A stretch of 64,000 nt of DNA from assembly GCA_963733675.1 (NCBI GenBank), contig CAVTET010000003.1:512001-576000 (forward strand), in the 5' to 3' direction. This document shows, in pieces, positions 13,096-24,800 of this stretch. Below the pieces are notes generated by a model. The model saw nothing but the letters and a program-made list of their open reading frames with translations, made no database searches and was not told the DNA's origin. The DNA is from an uncultured Methanosarcinaceae archaeon. GTDB taxonomy: Archaea > Halobacteriota > Methanosarcinia > Methanosarcinales > Methanosarcinaceae. The stretch's first letter is position 1. Each line of letters begins with the position of its first letter. Position numbers and translations under genes: made by a program.

Positions 13096-13425
13096 ATGGC
13101 AAAGTACGGTAAAATGTTGCTGAGCGCATATTTTATGAAGAAAATTATTTCATGTAAATCTAAAAAGGGGCGAGGATTGAGAAGTAAATACGTTAAGCTA
13201 TTTCTGTTGGGATATATCCTCAAAAAACTCAGCTTTAAGACTATCAAGTCAATGGAACATTCTAATAAAATTGAAACAAAAAATATAAAATTAAATAAAC
13301 CCATGAAAAGGTCTGAAATGAAGAAATTTGCCAAAATAATCTTGGGATTACTTCTCGGAGCTATAGCCATATATGCCTTTAGAAAACATTATACTGGAAA
13401 AGCAGGAAAGAAAATAGGTGTGTAA
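13096..13425 (+). CDS. Small basic membrane-associated hypothetical protein
   Basis: Lys-rich ORF with a C-terminal hydrophobic helix (IILGLLLGAIAIYAF) and an internally repeated motif. Confidence 0.55.
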   Translation: MAKYGKMLLSAYFMKKIISCKSKKGRGLRSKYVKLFLLGYILKKLSFKTIKSMEHSNKIETKNIKLNKPMKRSEMKKFAKIILGLLLGAIAIYAFRKHYTGKAGKKIGV

Positions 13426-14158
13426 TGAAGCTAAAGAGGTTTAAAAATGTATAAAAAAGGAGATGTATGTGCACTACGCTAATATCGTGACCATCTAAAT
13501 TATTCTACATATTACTTGGATAGCTTCTCATAAGTTTGCGTCTCGTAGATTTTCAATTTAACTCTCATAGTGATAATTTATTTATCCCCATTATGCAACA
13601 ACTTCATGATTTAGAGACTCCAGATTACTGATAAGTTTGTCAGTAAATTCAATATCCATTACATGATCTCTATTTCGTCGTAATTAAACCAACGTGCATT
13701 TTTAGTCTCCACGTCCACAGGTTCTGTAATCATGGTCACAGGGTTTCTTGCCTATGATGTTTATCAACATTAAAATCATAGATGCTGAAATTAAGGCTAA
13801 GTTATACAACTTATGTTCACTTATTATTTTTTACTCTAACTGTAATGATCAGTTTTCAAGCTAGAGTTTAAGGAGTCATTGAAGTCATGAAGAGAAATAT
13901 TTAAAGAATATTTATTTAGATATTCTTGAGTGCTTTTTCCGTTTTCATGCTTGATATTTATTTGTGGAATTCATCTTTCCTTCAATTCTATTATTGCATA
14001 TATATATCATTTTCACTATAAGCACAAATTTTACATTTATGGCGTTTAACTTTTATAGTGGGTTTCGAGAAACTCCAACGCCAAAAACTGCTTATATTAA
14101 CCCTACAAGAAATTTGTTGTCATTGGAATTTCTCAAAATTTTCTATCGATTTTGTACT

Positions 14159-14810
14159 TCAAGAGCAGAAGCACGAATTAGATTTTATTAACCAATTACC
14201 AGTCCATGCCGATTGTTTAAGGCTGTTAAAAGGATGTGCTGAGTCGAAAATGTAATGTTGTCTCACCCAACTGTATTCATGAACAGTACTTGGAAGTTGG
14301 CAGATGTAATGAACAATATATAATGCACCAGGTAGCATATTTTGTGCAGTAGTAGTCCATGCTGCATTGTTATAACTATTTATTGTTTGATAAGTCAAAG
14401 TAGTACTATTGTTAGCAACAGTGAAAATGGGATTAACATTAGACCGATTAAGTAAGATGTCGTTTGCTATCACCTGAGAAGGTCCAGAACTGTAGTGTCA
14501 ATTCATATAGCTATAGTTGATATATTTGTAAGCTTGGCGGGAGCTTGGGCAGACATTGAGTAAAAGGGCCCAGTACCTAGCCGCTTACATTGCTAATTGT
14601 GGCGTCTAAGTCTCCAGCTAAGCTGCCTTTATTTGTGAGATTATTAAACGTTTTACAGTCTGTCCCACAGACATACCGCCTATGGGAATCTAGTTTGTAG
14701 AAGGAGAGTTATTTCCTAATAGACTAATTGTTCGTGCATTGATATTGCTAGTAACAAGTGTTTCTTGATCCTGAAAGCCTTCTGCAACTGCCACTGCTAT
14801 GCTGTTTAAT
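14159..14810 (-). pseudogene. Decayed secreted/cell-surface protein fragment
   Basis: Asn/Thr/Ser-rich frames with in-frame stops continuing upstream of ORF 14159-14473. Confidence 0.35.
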
Positions 14811-15607
14811 TAAATATTGAATCCTACCAGGGTTACCAGAATGAATAAAAAATGAATAAAATGTTCAAAAAAATTATTTCGGAACCGCTAAAATTATAAA
14901 AATCTATAAGTTTAAGGTTAAATTTTTGTATACTAGGTTTAATTCATTTCTTCTAAGGTTGATTTCCTTCTATTAATACTTAATATTTGTGATTTTACAA
15001 AGAAGTTGGCACGCTAGATAAATAATGTCCAATCTAAAATTGTTTTTATGTTAACTGAAAAAATTTAGCAATTTCTTTTTTAGAGAACTATTTCTAAGCG
15101 TCTCAATGCTTAAGTTATTCTGTAAATCTTTACACTTTTGTATCTCTGTTCAGAAGCCAAAAGCTGTTGATCTTTCCCGGATTAAAGTGTCACTTGATAC
15201 AATTTTTCTTTTTGTTTAATTTATATCTATTATAAGTTTTTAGCCATATTAATCTTTATAAAATATAAAAAGTTGGTATTAAAAAATAACTTTATATGTG
15301 ATCAAAACAAAATAAGATTAGTTACAATGTTATTTTAAGATTACAGTGCAATGTATTTCAAAAAAATGAAAAAATATCGAAGTCACTATTCTGGGGGTTA
15401 CTGTAAGTAGTAAGCTCTAGAATTTCTCAAAATTATACCCAAAAAAAGTGACGCGCCATTTTTAGTTCTTGATCAATAGCTATAGAAGTTTACTTAAAAA
15501 TCAAGAAGTAAACGTTGGGTTTTAGGGCGAGATCATTTTTAAAATATGGTGTAAGTATAGAATAGAGTTAATGGGGTGTTATTAAATAAATTAAGAAGGA
15601 GATATAT

Positions 15608-18043
15608 ATGAAAAAAAATCACATTATAAATAATGATGTAAATATAGTAAAAAAATTAGTAATTTTTACTGAACTTCTGGCTTTGTTCTTGGTAATAAGT
15701 TCATCAATAGCATTGGCATATACCGGACTTTCAGAAGAAAACAAACCAATATCTGTACATACTATCAATAATTTTAGTCATAGTGACAATAACTTTATTC
15801 ACAAAGATAATGTAAACCAAACTAAATTTTCTACAAATGTTGGACTTGCACCAGAAAATCCTAAATTTGCCGAATACAAGAATAGAAAACTTGTCTACCA
15901 AACCACACCGTCCCCAAATGGACATAAATCTGGCTTCTCACCCTCACCTGTGGATCTTAGTCATCTCAAACATACTTCAGGTGCAGACGTATATGCTTCA
16001 GCAAAAACATCTATTCCAACTTCCTATGACCTACGAACTCTTAACAAAGTAACTCCTGTGAAAAATCAGGGTTCTGCAGGTTCGTGTTGGACATTTGCAA
16101 CTGATGCATCCCTTGAATCATATTTAATGCCAGACGAAACCTGGAGCTTTTCAGAAAATAATATAAAAAACGTGCTCTCTTCTGCAAATAGCCCGCAAGG
16201 TTTTGATCGCGGTCCAAGTGACGGAGGAGACTTTGTGATGTCAACTGCTTACGAAGCTCGTTGGAGCGGACCTGTAAACACCAGTGATGACCCCTACGAC
16301 GCTTCATCAAGCTTTTCGTCCAGTGAGCTCGGACTTCCTGTACATAAACATGTACAAAACGTAACTTTTCTCCCGAACAGAAATGGTCCTACGGACAATG
16401 ATGCAATAAAACAGGCAATTATGAATTATGGAGCAGTGTGCACTGCCCTGTATTTCTCTCCCACTGACACTAATAGTTATAACCAAAACACATACGGTTA
16501 TTACTATAGTGGAACAACAGCTTCTGACCATGCAGTGACCATTGTTGGCTGGGACGACTCTTATAGTAAAAATAATTTCTCCACAACTCCACCCGGAGAT
16601 GGAGCATTTATCATAAAAAATAGCTGGGGTACAACTGCAGCAGATTGGGGTAATGTAAATAATGATAATGGGTATTTCTATGTTTCCTATTATGATTCTA
16701 AGGTGGGATACGATATGAATACACAATTCACGGCTGAAAACCCTAAAGATTATACAAACATCTACCAATACGATCCACTTGGATGGACCCAGCAAATTAA
16801 CACATCGCAAACTAATCCCACAACTGGCTGGGGTGCAAACATCTTTACTGCAAATTCTAATGAAGTTCTCAAAGCAATAAGTTTCTATACAACAGACCTA
16901 AACTGCAATTATGTAATTAATATCTACAATAATATAGGGTCCAACCCCAATCAAGGTACTCTTGCTCTTACCCAAAGTGGAACAATTTCAAGTGCAGGTT
17001 ATCATACAGTTCCACTGAATTCCGAAGTTCAGCTCAACGCCGGCCAAAAATTTTCAGTAGTACTGGAGCTTACAAACCCTACATATCAATACCCGATTCC
17101 TGTGGAAATGCCTATCAGTGGCCATAGTAGTCAGGCAACAGCAAATACATCCGAAAGTTTTGTAAGTTCTGATGGAAATACCTGGACCGATATAACAACA
17201 GAGCCGGGTTACTCAAATACTGATGTGTGCATCAAAGCATTTACTGGTCCAGAAAGTAGTTCTGAAAAAGGTTTACCCATCGCGAATTTCAATACCAACG
17301 TAACCAATGGTAATGTTCCCCTTACGGTTCAATTTACAGACCTATCGACAGATGCCATCGGACAGAAGTGGAACTTTGGAGACGGAGCTAGATCAATTCA
17401 GAAGAATCCAATGCATACTTACCTCACAGCAGGAGTCTATACAGTTAATTTGACAGTAAGCAATGCAGTAGGTACAAATTCAAAGCTCGCTACAATATAT
17501 GTTTTGAAAAAGGGTTTACCCAAGCCGAATTTCAATACCAACGTAACCAGTGGTAATGTTCCCCTTGCGGTTCAATTTACAGATCTCTCGACAGATGCAA
17601 AAGGATGGGGATGGGACTTTGGAGACGGAGCTACTTCAACTGAGATGAATCCAATGCATACCTACATTGCTGCAGGAGTTTATACCGTTACCGAGACTGT
17701 AAGCAACACAAACGGCACAAATTCAATGCTTGCTACAATAAATGTTTTGACAACAACTCCTCAAAATAATACTCCTACAATTACCTGGAGTAACCCTGCT
17801 GACATACTCTATGGTATACCATTGAGCAATATTCAGCTGGATGCATCTGCTTCAGATCCTGTATCTGGAGAAACAGTGCCTGGAACCTTTGTTTATACCC
17901 CACAATCAGGAACTATATTGAGACCAGGTATACAGACATTATCTGTTTCTTTCACACCAGATGATAGTACAAACTATAATACAGCATCAAAGACTGTTAC
18001 CATCAGAGTAAGACACCATCGACGCCATTACTGGGGGAGCTAA
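15608..18043 (+). CDS. Secreted papain-family (C1A) cysteine peptidase with lectin-like domain, two PKD domains and a C-terminal Ig-like domain
   Basis: Signal peptide; QGSAGSCW (catalytic Cys), DHAVTIVGW (His), IIKNSWG (Asn); IYQYDPLGW; two WxFGDG PKD repeats. Confidence 0.93.
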   Translation: MKKNHIINNDVNIVKKLVIFTELLALFLVISSSIALAYTGLSEENKPISVHTINNFSHSDNNFIHKDNVNQTKFSTNVGLAPENPKFAEYKNRKLVYQTTPSPNGHKSGFSPSPVDLSHLKHTSGADVYASAKTSIPTSYDLRTLNKVTPVKNQGSAGSCWTFATDASLESYLMPDETWSFSENNIKNVLSSANSPQGFDRGPSDGGDFVMSTAYEARWSGPVNTSDDPYDASSSFSSSELGLPVHKHVQNVTFLPNRNGPTDNDAIKQAIMNYGAVCTALYFSPTDTNSYNQNTYGYYYSGTTASDHAVTIVGWDDSYSKNNFSTTPPGDGAFIIKNSWGTTAADWGNVNNDNGYFYVSYYDSKVGYDMNTQFTAENPKDYTNIYQYDPLGWTQQINTSQTNPTTGWGANIFTANSNEVLKAISFYTTDLNCNYVINIYNNIGSNPNQGTLALTQSGTISSAGYHTVPLNSEVQLNAGQKFSVVLELTNPTYQYPIPVEMPISGHSSQATANTSESFVSSDGNTWTDITTEPGYSNTDVCIKAFTGPESSSEKGLPIANFNTNVTNGNVPLTVQFTDLSTDAIGQKWNFGDGARSIQKNPMHTYLTAGVYTVNLTVSNAVGTNSKLATIYVLKKGLPKPNFNTNVTSGNVPLAVQFTDLSTDAKGWGWDFGDGATSTEMNPMHTYIAAGVYTVTETVSNTNGTNSMLATINVLTTTPQNNTPTITWSNPADILYGIPLSNIQLDASASDPVSGETVPGTFVYTPQSGTILRPGIQTLSVSFTPDDSTNYNTASKTVTIRVRHHRRHYWGS

Positions 18044-18094
18044 TAAGAAAAATCACCGAGTACAAGAGCTGCGGAGTATAAAATAAAATAGCAT

Positions 18095-18160
18095 CATGGC
18101 CATTTTTGTCAAGGTATTTTGGATAAATTCTTGCTAAACTGCCTTGAATTGATGGCCATG
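18095..18160 (+). terminator. Stem-loop followed by a T-run downstream of the protease gene
   Basis: CATGGCCAT..TCAAGG pairs with CCTTGA..ATGGCCATG, followed by TTTTTT. Confidence 0.45.
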
Positions 18161-18527
18161 TTTTTTCCTATAAGTTTGATTCCATATGCATAAAAATAGA
18201 ATTTACTGATAATTTAAGGCCTTAACTATTTGGTTAGGGAATTCGTTAACTTAAAAATGACTAATGCAATTTAATCCATCCCTCTCTAGTTATACTTATA
18301 TGTCTACATAAAATACATTAAAAGTAAAGCATTTTTTGTCTATTGTATCATAGCAGAATACAAATGGTTGTTTGTGAAATGCTAACAACAAACGAAATAC
18401 ATCGGCAAAACTGAAAAATATTTCCACAATCGCTTTTTATTCTCTATAGTTTAAGGTAATGACTTAAAGTTTAGCTTGCTGTTCTCCAGGATCCAGCTTT
18501 GAATATGAACAAGTTAACTATACACAT

Positions 18528-18613
18528 AACAATGATGCATAGTTTTCATCTTAAAACTTATGTCTCAGTGAAAACAATAGAAATATAATAATTGTAAGTA
18601 AAATTATTGACTT
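18528..18613 (+). repeat. 86-bp inverted repeat, left copy
   Basis: Reverse complement of 20112-20197 with 3 mismatches. Confidence 0.9.
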
Positions 18614-19169
18614 AAATCCTGTTTTCATGATGAAATGAAATTATCTTAATTTCCTAGTGATAAGTTAAGTATATAAAATATTAATTCAACAATTCTACAA
18701 CATTGCTTTGTATATAATTAATAACGAATTTGAATCGAATAAAAGTATGTCGAAATAGAATTATAAAAGCTTATTTAAAATAATTGTTTAATTTTTACAG
18801 GTTTTAACCCTCTTTTAGGATGTTGTTTTTAATGCAACGAGGTGTAAATTTAAAATATCGTTTGAAATTAAAATAATTTTCGAAAAATTTATTATTGTAA
18901 GGAAAAGTTTTTTGTTAATATTACGGGCAATCAAGTAAAATAATTTGTAATTTTGGATTCACCGTAATATTCAGCTCTGGTGTTCAAATCTCTAAGATGC
19001 ACTACAACAGCATCAAACTTATCTCTTATATTCGGCCCCTTGCTGCATGCCTCTGCAATAGAGCTTGCTTTTGCATCTGAAGCATTATAATTACCTGCAA
19101 ACACGTATAGAACTCGCCCACCAGACGGGCCTGTATAATCCTGAAATCGGATATTTTGATATTGTTCGA

Positions 19170-19295
19170 GCTCATCCCAAAACTATCCTTGTTTCAAATC
19201 ATTAAGAGACCCAAAATTATTCTCCATAATCAGAAACTCATTTGATAATTAAAAATACGAACTTCTGAGAAGCAATTTTGAGTTTTGGGATCAGC
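19170..19295. mobile_element. ~126-bp MITE
   Basis: Ends GCTCATCCCAAAACT and AGTTTTGGGATCAGC (14/15 complementary); no ORF inside. Confidence 0.7.
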
Positions 19296-20111
19296 GCAAA
19301 GACAATTTAATCTTGGCAGTACATGCTATAGTACTTCAGGTAGGGAGAAAGTAAAGAATCACAAACATTCCTAATGAGATCGATTTCACTACTATATATA
19401 CTTTTAAGCAATTGAGCTAGAGATTATTAACTATTACAGCGTTGATATCCTATCTAAATAAAACTTATAGTCAGTACTATTTTCCGTCATGCAAAACAAA
19501 ATTGACTGTTTTGATTTAAAAAGCCTTTAGATTGTGAATTTCTAATTTTGTCTCATTTTCATGGTCATAATGTACGATGCCAGTTGCTTCAGATGTTTAG
19601 CCACTGCCTTATAATCCTTATTTTAGATATTGCCAATTCTGTATATATCGATTTTATGGATTTTTCATAACTTCAATACATTTGACTATATTCTTCTTTA
19701 AAATTACCATATAATCAATTTGAGCTTTACTACGGCTGTTGTATACTCATTTCTAATAATTTCTACTACTTAACTTGATTACTTAAGCATTAATTATATC
19801 ATTTGCTGAATCAATTAGTAGCTGGACGTTTATTGGTAAGCATACCATTGTCGATGTAAAGATCTACTTCAATAAAAAAATTATTCATTTAACAGTTGTT
19901 TTATTTGTTTTGCCAGAATTTAGGCTACTCTCCACAGGGTTTAGTTCAGCTATCAATAGCCGAATGACTTTACTAGACAGCTTACTCAAAATGACCAAAT
20001 TTTGTACATAAGTAATCAGTTAATTGATTTCCTTCATAGACGTTAGTACATTGATTGAAGCGTTGAGTCTTCAGCAGCACTTATTATTTTGTTCTTTGAT
20101 GAAGTTAATGG

Positions 20112-20197
20112 AAGTCAATAATTTTACTTACAAATATTATATTTCTATTGTTTCTACTGAGACATAAGTTTTAAGATGAAAACTATGCATCATTGTT
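20112..20197 (-). repeat. 86-bp inverted repeat, right copy
   Basis: Reverse complement of 18528-18613. Confidence 0.9.
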
Positions 20198-20491
20198 TTT
20201 AGATGGATATGTTCTACCTTATATTTGTAGGTTTTTTGGCTTGTTTCGGGATCTAAGTTAAAAGTTTTTTTTCAAAAAAATTGTTTTGCAAATTAAAAAG
20301 TGGATGGATTGGCGTCATTGTAAAGTTTTTTTAAAACTTGACAACTAAAAAAGATGTGACAATTATTTTAATTTATAAGTAAATATATTACTAAATAAAA
20401 AAGTTTACTGTGTAGAGTAAAGTATTATTCATGTGTATTTTTGTTGGTATTTTTGAGCATTAATATCCGAACAAACATCGAGAGACTGAAA

Positions 20492-20950
20492 ATGAACGAA
20501 AATAAATGTGATAAAGCAGATAGAAAGCATACAATCATAACGGTTTTAGGAACCGCTGCACTGGTGCTTTTAATGTTAGTAAGTATCGCAGGCGCAGCGC
20601 ACTCTTCAGATGCTTGGCTAAAAAAAGGCATCGCTCTTGAAATTATAAACAAGCATGAAGAAGCCATAAAAGCATATGACAAAGTAATTGAAATTGACCC
20701 TCAGTATTTTGAAGCTTGGACCAATAAAGGGAATGCTCTAAAAGAATTAGGCAATAACGATGAAGCAATAAAGGCATATGACAAAGCAATTGAAATTAAC
20801 CCACAAGATTCAGATGCTTGGAACAATAAAGGATTTGCTTTTGATAATTTAAACAAACCTGATGAAGCTATAAAAGCCTTTGAAAATGCAATTGAAATTA
20901 ATTCACAGAATTCAATAGCTAGGTACCATAAAGGAACTTTATCTAACTAG
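20492..20950 (+). CDS. Signal-peptide-bearing TPR protein, C-terminally truncated by a frameshift
   Basis: Signal peptide TVLGTAALVLLMLVSIAGA; three 34-aa TPRs (W.NKG.AL..L...EAIKAYDKAIEINP); the next TPR continues LTRLNKCD in another frame. Confidence 0.8.
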   Translation: MNENKCDKADRKHTIITVLGTAALVLLMLVSIAGAAHSSDAWLKKGIALEIINKHEEAIKAYDKVIEIDPQYFEAWTNKGNALKELGNNDEAIKAYDKAIEINPQDSDAWNNKGFAFDNLNKPDEAIKAFENAIEINSQNSIARYHKGTLSN

Positions 20951-21042
20951 ATTAAATAAATGCGATTAATAGGTTGAATAGCTATTTAATTTCTCGTTAT
21001 TTTTATTCTTCGTGAGTTATATATAACAACTTTTTGGTTCTT

Positions 21043-21164
21043 CATTATAACACATGTTTTTACGAAAACTGTGTATCTATTATACAATCAGGTAAAAAGG
21101 TCCTATAATCTCGGCTGAAAAAGTAGAAAATACATAGGTTTTCTTACAAAAAAACTGTGCATAA
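21043..21164. repeat. Paired inverted palindromic sites (cassette-flanking repeat family)
   Basis: Minus-strand site ~21043-21077 and plus-strand site CATAGGTTTTCTTACAAAAAAACTGTGCATAA at 21133-21164. Confidence 0.6.
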
Positions 21165-21879
21165 CCAGAGGGCAAATTTCACAGAAACCGACAAATTATG
21201 AAAATTCTTCAACTTAGGACCCAAATCATAGGTATGTTTAAGAAAAAGATTGTACTTTTTGAAACTTGTTATTATTTCCAGATTTTTCCCAGAAGATATT
21301 AAAAGTCTCATCTATAGAAAAGGTGATATGGTGATCTTAAATTGATTGAGCATTTACGTTCTTGCCTTCCAGAATATTAAAGTTTAAATATCTAACAGGT
21401 TGAAAGTTTTGATATCTATAGATACAATTTGTGTAAGCATACGTTAACATCGCCATCATTGAAACTGAAAGAAGCTTTTAAAAGGTGATGGAGAATATAC
21501 CTGTCTTTGCTAAAATTATTCCAGCTGCACTTCATAATCAGTATATCCAACAAGATTGGAGAGTTGTTAGGAATCAGAAACATTAACTATCTCATCATGA
21601 AAAATGCTTCTTATAATTAGGATAAATTCAGTATGTAGTATTGCAGTTCGTGGTGCTATAACTCTTGAGAATTAAACAGGTATAGTGAGAGTTCACATTT
21701 AATCTAGTACCAAATAAATAATAATGGATTGGAAATATTAAAGAGAACATAGAACAGGTATTAATCTTCAACCTGTACTTTTGGCAAAGGAACTAATATA
21801 TTGCTTTCAATATAGAACAAATTGAAATAGATAGTAAGTAAGGATTTTAGACTTCAGGACTATTTTTGGAGAAATATTC

Positions 21880-24800
21880 ATGGAAATTATCCCTGAACAT
21901 CCTTTTATTGATAGACAAGGTCATATTCAAACCTTCAAAGTAGCTGTAAATAATATTGGGCAAAAAGAATTTAGTATCCTAGTTTACTATGGAGTTGCCG
22001 GTATTGGCAAAACATGTTTATGGAAAGAATTTCTAAAGCATTTAGGAGAATATAACCTTAAATATCAACATCAGAAAGTTATATGGGCTTCAATTGACCT
22101 ACAACTGGATGAACACAGAGAAAAAACTACTATGTTAATGGCTCTTAAAAATGAGCTACATAAAAAGTCAAAAATAAACTTCCCTGCTTTTGAAATTGCA
22201 CATGCTATTTATTGGAAAAAAGCAAATCCAGAAGTTCCTATCAGAAAAGAGAACTATTTATTTTTTGAAGGTAACGATGCCTTTAATGTTTTTTTTGGAG
22301 TTACTAATCAAATACCGTACTTTAGTCTAGTGCCTGCTGTTGCGAGATTACTTAATAGCCTTCCGAACGATATCAGGAAATGGTGGACAAAGAGAATAGA
22401 AGAAGAACTCAAACAACTTTCAGAAAAAGAACCTTCGGAAATTAAAGAAATGCTTCCCTATTTCTGGGCACTTGATCTTAATAATTATCTGAAAGATACT
22501 TCTCAGTCTGTAGTTTTATTTATAGATACCTATGAAGCCTTGTGGGAAAATCATAAAAGTGAAGGCTATTCTCTAGATGAATGGATCAGAGAAGAGCTAA
22601 TATTCCGCTTACCAAAAAAAGTACTATGGGTTATTTGTGGCAGGGAAATACTTAGATGGGATGAAGTTAGGTGCAATTGGGGGGAGCATCTTACTCAGTA
22701 TGAGGTAGAGGAACTGCTCAGAAAATACTGTATAGAATATCTTGAAAGTCGAGGAATTATGGACGAAGAGATCCGGGAAGGTATATTTAAAGGGAGTAAA
22801 GGAGTTCCTTACTATCTAGAACTAGATATCTATGTTTATTTAAAAACTTGTGATATCGAAAAGAGAAAGCCAAATCCGGAAGATTTTGGAGATGATCATC
22901 GAAAAATCACAGAGAGATTCTTCAGATTTTTAAGTCCTGAAGAAAAGAATGCATTAAATGTTCTTTCGGTTCCACATTTTTGGGACTATGACCTTTTTGA
23001 ATATCTGGTAAAAGAGTTTAACATAGGATATCCAACAAATAATTTTGAAAACTTGTGCAGTTTTTCATTTATTGAAAAAGTCAAAAATAATCACCAGCAA
23101 ATGCACCAATTGATGCGAGAATGTCTTCAAAGAACCCAGGAAAAGAAAAAGCCAGAATCAGTAAAAAGAATTCATAAAGCAATAAATAAATATTATAGTA
23201 ATAAACTTAAGAATATAAATATTCAAAGGATTACTCTAGAACACGAAAATGCCTTTACAGAAGCCTTTTATCACGCAAAGGAATCACTTGAAGCAGAAGA
23301 GCTGTTCAATTGGTTTATTAATGCATCAGATCCGTTCTATAAAATCGCATACTGGCAATTAATTGCCCCTAGATATGAAGAAATACTACAAATTCTGGAA
23401 AAAAAACTCGGACCTGAACACCCCGACTTTGCAAATTTATTAACCAATCTTGCTAGACTCTATGATAATATTGGAGAATATGAAAAAGCAATTCCACTTT
23501 ATCAAAGGGCGCTTAACATTCGGGAAAATTTTTTGGGCCCCCAACATCCAGCCGTTGCAACCACCTTAAATGATCTCGCAGGACTCTATAAAAATACGGG
23601 GGAATATGTACAAGCGCTCCCACTTCATCAAAAAGCGCTGGATATTTTTGAAAATTTTTTGGGTACCCAACACCCAGATGTTGCAACCACCTTAAATGAT
23701 CTCGCAGGACTCTATGAAAGTATGGGAGAATATGAAAAAGCCCTCCCATTTTATCAAAGGGCGCTTGGTATTCGTGAAAAGGTTCTGGATCCCCAACACC
23801 CAGATGTTGCAACAACCCTAAACAATCTTGCATTATTATATGATAATATGGGAGATTATGAACAAGCCCTCCCACTTCATCAAAAAGCACTTGATATTCG
23901 TGAAAAGGTTATAGGTCTCCAACACCCAGATGTTGCAACAACCCTAGACAATCTCGCTGGACTCTATTATCAGATGGGTGATTACGAAAAAGCCCTCCCA
24001 TTTTATCAAAGGGCGCTTGGTATTCGTGAAAAGGTTCTGGATCCCCAACACCCAGATGTTGCAGCAACCCTAAACAATCTCGCTGGACTCTATAAAAGTA
24101 AGGAAAATTACGAAAAAGCACTTCCACTTTATCAAAGGGCACTTGATATTCGTGAAAATGTTCTGGGTCCCCTACATCCATCTGTCGCAGTAACCTTAAA
24201 CAATCTCGCAGGACTCTATGAAAGTATGGGGGATTATGAAAAAGCACTTCCACTTTATCAAAGGGCACTTGATATTCGTGAAAATGTTCTGGGTCCCCAA
24301 CACCCAGATGTTGCAACAATCCTAGACAATCTCGCAGGACTCTATGAAAGTATGGGGGATTATGAAAAAGCACTTCTACTTTATCAAAGGGCACTTGATA
24401 TCCGTGAAAATGTTTTGGGTCCCCAGCACCCATATGTTGCAACAATCCTAGACAATCTCGCAGGACTCTATTATCAAATGGGTGATTATGAAAAAGCACT
24501 CCCACTTTGTCAAAGGGCACTTGAAATATATGAAAATGTTCTGGGTCCCCAACACCCAGATGTTGCAACAACCCTAAACAATCTTGCATTACTATATGAT
24601 AATATGGGAGATTACGAAAAAGCACTCTCACTTTGTCAAAAGGCCCTTGAAATATATGAAAATGCTCTGGGTCCCCTACAGCTATCTGTTGCAGCAACCC
24701 TAAACAATCTCGCTGGACTCTATGAAAGTATGGTAGATTATGAAAAAGCACTCCCACTTTATCAAAGGGCACTTGAAATATATGAAAATGTTCTGGGTTC

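Noticed and set aside
20948-20956. Pyrrolysine readthrough at the TAG stops of the TPR gene and the 31-kb repeat protein
   Set aside because: Another stop follows within three codons in both cases; the TPR end is better explained by a frameshift.
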